A stretch of 64,000 nucleotides of DNA from Rotaria socialis (lineage: Eukaryota), in assembly GCA_905331295.1 (NCBI GenBank), contig CAJNYD010000005.1, positions 310,001 through 374,000 on the forward strand, given 5' to 3'. The position numbers and the translations under genes are program-made. Below are positions 63,959 to 64,000 of this stretch, piece after piece. Under the pieces are notes generated by a model. That model ran no database searches. It saw only the letters and a program-made list of their open reading frames with translations, and had not been told where the DNA came from. Positions within the stretch are counted from its first letter, which is position 1. The number at the start of each line of letters is the position of its first letter.

Positions 63959-64000
63959 CTGAATTAAAAATGAAATATTTTAAAACAATTTTCTTTCAAT

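Overview
AT-rich eukaryotic (animal) genomic DNA with many short (~45-75 bp) GT-AG introns. The intron size, composition and gene set suggest a bdelloid rotifer or similar invertebrate (inference). Ten spliced protein-coding genes can be assembled by hand: mitochondrial aspartyl-tRNA synthetase (-), LASP1-like LIM/nebulin/SH3 (+), an ankyrin-repeat protein (+), an unassigned 13-exon gene with a degenerate KH-like and a dsRBD-like domain (+), a Gi/o-class G-protein alpha (+), an unassigned single-pass membrane protein (+), an innexin (+), an unassigned multi-pass membrane protein (+), an MLCK-type kinase with two long alternative N-terminal exons (-), and the 3' part of an A1CF/RBM46/RBM47-type RRM gene (-). 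Seven non-autonomous DNA-transposon insertions have visible TIRs: two Mutator-like, one hAT-like, one hAT/P-like foldback, one Ginger2-like, and two CCC...GGG MITEs. Each of those two MITEs sits inside the Cys-rich coding remnant of another transposon. The best leads are the KH-like + dsRBD-like orphan protein, a stop-containing 21-nt microexon in the RRM gene, the nested MITE targeting, a shrunken insertion domain in mt-AspRS, and a G-alpha lacking the pertussis-toxin cysteine. No rRNA, tRNA, CRISPR array or convincing ribozyme was seen. All exon structures are manual predictions without transcript data.
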